From positions 1 through 64,000 of the IMG/VR virus record IMGVR_UViG_3300037483_000352: DNA of 64,000 bases; one strand, 5' to 3'. Source of the DNA: a virus. Lineage: Duplodnaviria > Caudoviricetes. Below, one piece after another: positions 59,001 to 64,000 of the stretch (position 1 is the stretch's first letter; each line of letters begins with the position of its first letter). The translations under genes and the position numbers were made by a program. Below the pieces are notes generated by a model that saw only the letters and a list, made by a program, of their open reading frames with translations, had not been told where the DNA came from and searched no databases.

Positions 59001-59973
59001 CAAGGCCGTCGGTGGACGTCTCGAAGTCGGCCTGCTGTACGGACAACAGGTTCGAACTGTCCCGCAGAGTGAGCGACACGGCGGACCGGAAGCTGTCCGG
59101 TACCACCGAGATGACCCCGATGCCAGGTGTGCCGGACACCGTGTTGTCATCGGACGGTACACCTGGGGAGGGACCCTGCACGGAGAATTCCCGGCCCACC
59201 CAGAGCGACTTGGCCAGGAAGGCGGAGTACACCCTGACGTAGGCGTAGTAGTCGTCCGGGTTGAGTGACGTCGGCAGGATCACGGACGTCGTATCGCCGG
59301 TCACCGTGGCCTGGTACACCGGGTCTGTCACGTCCGGGTTGAACGAGGAGTCGGCCACCTGGATGGACGTAAAGATCTTGTACTCCGCCTTGGCCTGAAG
59401 GTCGCCGTCCGCCTGCGCGTAGGTCCACGAGACCGTGGGCGAAGGGGTCAGCACGGTACCGGTCGGGGCGTCCACGGTGACGGTCGGCCGGACCCGGTAG
59501 TTGATCACCGCGAAGACTTTGTAGACCCGGATGCAGTCGAACGTGCCGGAGTAGCTGAACACCTGGCAGAGAAGCTTGTTGATCCGGTGGATGTCCCAGG
59601 GGTTGCCCAGCGGATCGCGCTGGTACGTGGCTATCTCGTAATCGGCGATTGTCTGCGTGGGGTAGATCGTCCGGGACGTGAACCGCGAGGGGTCGTCGGT
59701 GCACAGCACGTTGACGGTGATCGACCGTGACTGGCTGTCCAGTTTGTTGCACCGGATCTTGATGGTCACCGACGTGATGACCGCACCCTGGTCGACGGTC
59801 GTAATGTCCGTCGGGAACCGGACCGTGCACCGGCCCTTGTTCGGGGGGTTCTTGCAGTACTTCGTGTCGTCGTCGTTGTTCCAGGCCTCGAAGACGCGGG
59901 TCACCCCGGAGCCGACCAGGGTCCACCCTTCGTTGCGGTAGTCCCCGTTGCATATGTGGTTGAGGGTGGTCAT
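56011..59973 (-). CDS. large minor tail / receptor-binding protein with a duplicated internal domain
   Basis: 1320 aa, Ser/Thr-rich beta-type sequence; repeated PxGVxxGDLMLA...PxGWT...KRTAGGSEPxSWT domain. Confidence 0.8.
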   Translation of the reverse strand: MTTLNHICNGDYRNEGWTLVGSGVTRVFEAWNNDDDTKYCKNPPNKGRCTVRFPTDITTVDQGAVITSVTIKIRCNKLDSQSRSITVNVLCTDDPSRFTSRTIYPTQTIADYEIATYQRDPLGNPWDIHRINKLLCQVFSYSGTFDCIRVYKVFAVINYRVRPTVTVDAPTGTVLTPSPTVSWTYAQADGDLQAKAEYKIFTSIQVADSSFNPDVTDPVYQATVTGDTTSVILPTSLNPDDYYAYVRVYSAFLAKSLWVGREFSVQGPSPGVPSDDNTVSGTPGIGVISVVPDSFRSAVSLTLRDSSNLLSVQQADFETSTDGLEYVTVNCAFARDTSVYYAGVASGKLTASTAADMSAGTTYIRCAPEVPVTARSQFRAAVTGRTVTVQVHFYDDLFTYISQINSAGTTDSADTWTEETVTGTSPADTRWARVILKVTAPASAEVHNVDHVGLMYGAGALWSDGGHNSRNILDSFSASAEDPVGTNWVAGSGSTISRVAPPGVGGHGLFTKRLTYDGITPTLAFRATGANFNSTSSGANFTLNAPAGVATGDLMLAFVTSSQHGTITPPAGWTAVNTASIDDGSTDTALFVLKRTAGGSEPGSWTDGILGTTSTRRNARVVAYSGAADASVQFVAENVLTRAADTPLYLTSAVINNTDANAWRVAAFAVNDDAGSGTMVANVLPPTASQPIAYVGKGTSWSNTSNTTSFTINRPSGVVSGDLMLAAVVVSDSVVPTVTAPSGWTVVRQFTSSDSFASARMAVMKRTAGGSEPSSWTGTLSATVKPVVVQSVAYRNCELDTNQFVAENQSTSGSGNTITTATVSNTDSTSWRVCFFGYSGDYYTSAYTSEVTERDELSEEYQISSYSYRTATLTTADSNGTVGTGNHSRTGTLNRSYYAAGSWVGLIKALPTGPAPGANETERVDEVAGASSPFMYTGIYDSNAPVAAGATSVTMQFTPGSGTSLASAASWIGLIKPAVPLTSGLTLGTMPDSVDISAIEPEIMTKAGNKVTFMSSWIGSTSGTPYMTLYFYRANQLISSQTAQGTPFGTAIWNFSSAVMDIPEGTTRIKGEVSVTDRQVGDFVYFDRIGIMLGDTTVWRNGTGRSTHAVWSGPFLQYADDDGSGYGDWYDLPGQQINPPVFDVLTGLMTYTDNTVIPLQRRKYRAQTVSYGLAGDRFVSGYGPDSDEASLTAREWWLKDLTTGWSMALRVHVPAGPVTVGTTNTAVAFQPLGEDYPVVLTEGYKGDAFELSLVLNREEHALLRAQLRTGRTLFLQSPVDHAWWVRPVGDLSAAIQYTGQRFTNPIRFFKITFVQTKPEG

Positions 59974-62900
59974 CAGCTCCTCCTCCCCATGCCCTGTTCA
60001 AGAGCCATCCGGAGTTTGTCCGGCAGGGTCGTCTCCAGCCGCTGCACGGCCGCCTCCGTGGCGCCGCGCGCGTCGATGTGCAGGGTCAGGTTCACGCCCT
60101 GGCCGCCGCGTTCGCTGACCAGCGATTCGAGCGGCCGGATGTCCTCGCCGCCGCGCATCTTCATCAGCTCGATGCCACGGTCCCCGACCACGCCCCAGCC
60201 CGGCGCGGCGGACCTGGTGCCGTAGCCGTACCAGTTGTTGGCCTTCTGGAAGTTGTTGGCCGCATTCGGCGATCCGTAGCGGGACCGGATGTACCCCAGC
60301 CCCCACTTGATCTGGGTTCCGGGGTTCGTCTTCCAGTCCGCACCGGCGCTCGCCATCTTGGACCCCGGGAGGGCCTGAGGGATGCCGTACGCGTCCGAAC
60401 TGGGGTTGTCGGCATTCCACCGCCAGCCCGACTCTCGGGTCCACAGAGCGTCCAGGGCGGGGTACTGCGCGGACCACCCGTACGCCCCTAGCATGCCCTT
60501 GGCCGTGGCCTTGGCCTGCGCCGGGGACGTGCCTCCGGACGCGGTCTTGGACGGCAGGAATCCGTACCAGGAACCGAACATCCCGTTGTTGTAGCCACGC
60601 GCCCCGCCGCCGACCCGCACGCCGACCCCGCCGGACGATTCGACGTTCACACCGTTCAGGGTTCCGGCCGTGTGACCGACCCCGGCATTGGTGATCCCGA
60701 CCATGAACGGGGCCTTCTCCGACTTCTTCCACCCGGCCGGGGCGACCTGCCCGGAGAACGCCGCCGTAGCCCATATCCGTGAGTTCGGCTTGTTGCCCAT
60801 GATGACGTTCTGGATCGCGGACATGAACCCTGAGCAGTCGTATCCGCCAGGTCCCGCGCCGCCCCACTGGTACGGCTTGCCGACCTGGGTACGGGCCCAT
60901 GCCAGGGCCGCTTCCACCGAGCCCCCGGCGATCGTGGGGGCAACGTCCTTCTCCTTGACCCAGTTCTTGATCGTGGTGGCGATCTTGTCGATCATTCCGG
61001 TGCCGAGCTTCTCCATGGCCGCTCCGCTGCCGGGAACCGCAGCCCTGACCGCCGTCTTGCCGATCTTGGCCACGCCGTCCACGGCGGACGAGAACGGCCC
61101 GTAGATCGCACCGAGAGCCAGATCTTTCAGCTTGCCGAACGCGTTTTTGATGATCCCGTCCGGTATCAGGTCGGGGCCGATGTCCGCGCCGATGCCGGTC
61201 CCGAGGAACCCTCCGCCGTCCTCGAAGCTCCGGCCGCCGTACGTCCGTACCCGCTCACCCTTCAGGGCCTGCGACCGCATGCGCGCCACGGCCTCGTGAC
61301 CACCGGCCCCGGCCACCTCGCGCGCCGTCCAGACGTGCTCGTTGGGGTGGAGCAGGGCAGGGAAGCCCCGGTCCTTGCCCGGCCCGTCGCCGGTCGACCC
61401 TCCGGCCTTGAATGCGGGGAGCGTGAAGTTGCTCAGCTTGTCGGCGCCGAACACCCCGGCCACCAGGTTCCACAACTTCACGATGCCGTTGTTGTAGACC
61501 ACGTTCACCACGGCCTGGATGGGGTCCCGGACCAACTTGCGGATCTTGTCCCAGCCCTTGCCCAGTGCGTTGGCCGCTTTTTCGAACGCGTCCGGAATGG
61601 TCTTGGTGAAGAAGTTGCTGACCGGGTTCCAGAACGTGGTACGCAGCCAGTTCGACCCGGCGTTGAACAGCTCCCGAACCTTCGTCCACAGTTCCGCAGC
61701 TTTGTTGACCAGCGCTGTGACAGACGTTCCAAAGAAGTTCTGCACGGTAGTCCAGGATGTGTTCCACACAGCCTTGACGAATTCCAAGAACGTATTGAGT
61801 GCGGCCCGGAGCGTGGCCCAGGCATTCGTGGCGATGTTGACGATGGCCGTGACGATCGTCTGGAAGATCGTACGCATCGCGGTCCATACCGTGTCCCACA
61901 GGTTCTTGACGGCCGTCAGGAATGTCTGGAACAGGTTCTTCAGGGCGTTCCAGAATGTGGCGGCCACGTTCTGGATGGCCGTCCAGAATGCGTTCCATAC
62001 CTGCTTGGCCGTGTTGATGAACCCGGACAGCAGCGTCGACATGACGTCCAGGAACATGGTCCACAGGGCCTTCATGAGGTTCCAGATGGCGGCAGCCGCC
62101 TCCTGGATCGCTTTCCAGGCCTTACCCCAGTTGCCGGTGAAGATCGCCAGGAACACCATGAATGTGGCGGTGATAACTTCCCAGAGAACATCCCATGCCG
62201 CCTTGATGACATTCCAGACGCCCCGGAGTATGGCCCACAAAGTCTTCCACGCTGTCTCGAAAACCCCGGAGAACAGCGCGTACCAGACGTCCCACACACC
62301 CTTGACGATCTCCCATACGACCTTCCAGGCACCGGTCAGAATGGCCCATGCGATCTTGGCCGTCTCAGTGAGGAACGTCCACCCGATCTTCCACGAGCTG
62401 GACAGGATCGCCCATGCCGTGGTGTAGATCCCCTGGATGACCGACCACACCAGGCCCCATCCGGCCTTCAGGAGATCCCAGGCGGCCGACGCGGTATTCG
62501 TGAATCCCTCCCACGAGGACTTCACGGACGGCCCGAACAGGCCCCAGAACTGATCCCACACGAACTGCATCCCGGCCCACAGGACCGACCACGCCGCCTT
62601 CAGGAAGTTCCACACGTTGGATGCGGCCTGCTGCATTTCCGGCCATACCGTGTTCCAGGCCTCGAACACCTCGCCCATGACCGCGAAGTACTTGTCAGAG
62701 ATCCACGCTGTGGTGGTTGCCCACGCGTCCTGTATCCACCCCCAGACGGCGGATGCGACCTGCTTGACCTTCCCCCAGATCTCGTCCCAGTGCAGCGCGA
62801 TGAAGGCGATCACCCCGAGGGGCCCCAGGAGCAGCAGGACGAACTGGCCCCAGCCCTTGGTCAGGAAGTTCCACACGGCGACGGCCGCCGTCTTGATCGC

Positions 62901-64000
62901 ATTCCAGGTGTACTCCCATGCGACCTGAAGGGCGTTCCACACGGCCAGCGCGGCCGTCTTCAGGGCGGCCCACACGGTGTCCCAGTACTTGACCAGGAAG
63001 AATATTCCGACCCCTACCGCGATGATCGCCGCAACCACAGCCGCGATCGTCAGGGCCACTCCGAGCATGAGGAGTCCGAACGGAGCCGCTGCCAGGGTCA
63101 TGGCCGTGGTCGCGGCAGCGGCCACGAAAGCGACCAGTGCGTAGATCTTCAGCGCCGCAGCCCATGCGATGAATCCGTACGTCAGGGCGGTGAGCAGATC
63201 CGGCGGGAACGACGCCAGGACCCTGAGGAACACGCCGAACACGACGAACGCGCCCCCGGACATGTCGCCGACTGCTTTGCCCACGTTGGCCAGGAACGTA
63301 CCGAGATCCTTGGCCGCCGCGATGAGTGCCGGGCTGTTGGCCGACAGCCACTCCATGAACCTCTGGAAACCGCCGCCTTCGGCCCAGCCCTGGAACGCCG
63401 TCATGGTCTTCTGAAGCCAGTCGGTGAACGCAGCTCCCAGTGGCGCCGTGGCTCGCATCCCTACACCCAGCGCGCCGAACAGGGACCGCATCGCGTCCAC
63501 GAACCCCCGGAACGCGGGTACGCCGGACTGCACCAGGAACGCGATGAACCGGTCCAGCCCTCCATCGGTGACCCACTGCTTGGTCAGGGTGGCCACCCGC
63601 TGGATCTCCGGGGATATGGCCCGGATCACGACGCTGAATTTGGGAAGGGCAGCAGTGAACGCTTCCAGCATGGTGGTGGCCGGGCCCAGGGTGAACTTGG
63701 CGTTCTGGTCATTGAACGACTCGACGGACTGCTTCATGTCGTCGTACGACCGGGCGAACTTCTCCTGCACAGCGGGGAGAGACTTGATCGCGGCCTCGTG
63801 CGCCTTCTCCGCCTCGGTGACTTTCTTAAGGACTTTCTCGTAGTCCTTGGTTCCCTTGGCCGTGTTGTTGAGCTGCTTCTCTGCGTTAGCCAGGGCCGTA
63901 GCGGTCTGCCCAACGGCAGAGCTCTGCCCCACGGTCTGTTCTATAGCCCCCTTCATGGCCAGGGCGTAGATGGTGACAACGGCCCCTGCGGACACGAACG
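59973..64000 (-). CDS. tape measure protein with NlpC/P60 and lytic transglycosylase-like C-terminal domains (5' part beyond window)
   Basis: Long Trp/Phe-periodic helical repeats; GKPYQWGG..GYDCSG...H (NlpC/P60); LWTRESGW...AYGIPQ...YIRSRYG (SLT-like); frame open to the window edge. Confidence 0.92.
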   Translation of the reverse strand, partial: FVSAGAVVTIYALAMKGAIEQTVGQSSAVGQTATALANAEKQLNNTAKGTKDYEKVLKKVTEAEKAHEAAIKSLPAVQEKFARSYDDMKQSVESFNDQNAKFTLGPATTMLEAFTAALPKFSVVIRAISPEIQRVATLTKQWVTDGGLDRFIAFLVQSGVPAFRGFVDAMRSLFGALGVGMRATAPLGAAFTDWLQKTMTAFQGWAEGGGFQRFMEWLSANSPALIAAAKDLGTFLANVGKAVGDMSGGAFVVFGVFLRVLASFPPDLLTALTYGFIAWAAALKIYALVAFVAAAATTAMTLAAAPFGLLMLGVALTIAAVVAAIIAVGVGIFFLVKYWDTVWAALKTAALAVWNALQVAWEYTWNAIKTAAVAVWNFLTKGWGQFVLLLLGPLGVIAFIALHWDEIWGKVKQVASAVWGWIQDAWATTTAWISDKYFAVMGEVFEAWNTVWPEMQQAASNVWNFLKAAWSVLWAGMQFVWDQFWGLFGPSVKSSWEGFTNTASAAWDLLKAGWGLVWSVIQGIYTTAWAILSSSWKIGWTFLTETAKIAWAILTGAWKVVWEIVKGVWDVWYALFSGVFETAWKTLWAILRGVWNVIKAAWDVLWEVITATFMVFLAIFTGNWGKAWKAIQEAAAAIWNLMKALWTMFLDVMSTLLSGFINTAKQVWNAFWTAIQNVAATFWNALKNLFQTFLTAVKNLWDTVWTAMRTIFQTIVTAIVNIATNAWATLRAALNTFLEFVKAVWNTSWTTVQNFFGTSVTALVNKAAELWTKVRELFNAGSNWLRTTFWNPVSNFFTKTIPDAFEKAANALGKGWDKIRKLVRDPIQAVVNVVYNNGIVKLWNLVAGVFGADKLSNFTLPAFKAGGSTGDGPGKDRGFPALLHPNEHVWTAREVAGAGGHEAVARMRSQALKGERVRTYGGRSFEDGGGFLGTGIGADIGPDLIPDGIIKNAFGKLKDLALGAIYGPFSSAVDGVAKIGKTAVRAAVPGSGAAMEKLGTGMIDKIATTIKNWVKEKDVAPTIAGGSVEAALAWARTQVGKPYQWGGAGPGGYDCSGFMSAIQNVIMGNKPNSRIWATAAFSGQVAPAGWKKSEKAPFMVGITNAGVGHTAGTLNGVNVESSGGVGVRVGGGARGYNNGMFGSWYGFLPSKTASGGTSPAQAKATAKGMLGAYGWSAQYPALDALWTRESGWRWNADNPSSDAYGIPQALPGSKMASAGADWKTNPGTQIKWGLGYIRSRYGSPNAANNFQKANNWYGYGTRSAAPGWGVVGDRGIELMKMRGGEDIRPLESLVSERGGQGVNLTLHIDARGATEAAVQRLETTLPDKLRMALEQGMGRRS

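Overview
High-GC actinobacterial tailed-phage DNA, most likely from a Streptomyces-type host. The window is a partial genome: both edges cut genes, and no capsid, terminase, integrase or ParA is visible. Four blocks are present. (1) 1-10.1 kb, minus strand: replication genes (RuvC-like resolvase, endonuclease VII, family A DNA polymerase, RHH regulator, iteron-like GGGATGCA array, primase-polymerase/helicase, Xis-like HTH). (2) 10.2-29.5 kb, plus strand: ParB-like, MazG-like, PnuC-like, SF2 helicase, exonuclease, TerD, SSB and HNH genes. These run directly into a Streptomyces plasmid-type conjugation module (DUF2637/Spd-like, TraA-like, TraB FtsK/SpoIIIE ATPase, small membrane genes) that is dense in GGGACA repeats. 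(3) 29.5-49.3 kb: a ~1 kb gene-poor structured spacer ending in a tRNA-like element, then ~50 small accessory genes. These include DUF932, HU, LuxR, a permuted papain-like amidase, three tRNAs (one an Ala tRNA with AGC anticodon) and an oppositely oriented lipoprotein plus membrane-protein pair. (4) 49.4-64 kb, minus strand: holins, an inverted-repeat-flanked promoter/small-ORF cassette, two lysins, tail proteins and the tape measure protein. Best overall reading: a conjugative plasmid-phage; pZL12 is a known precedent for that lifestyle. All protein family calls were made by eye from motifs, with no database search.
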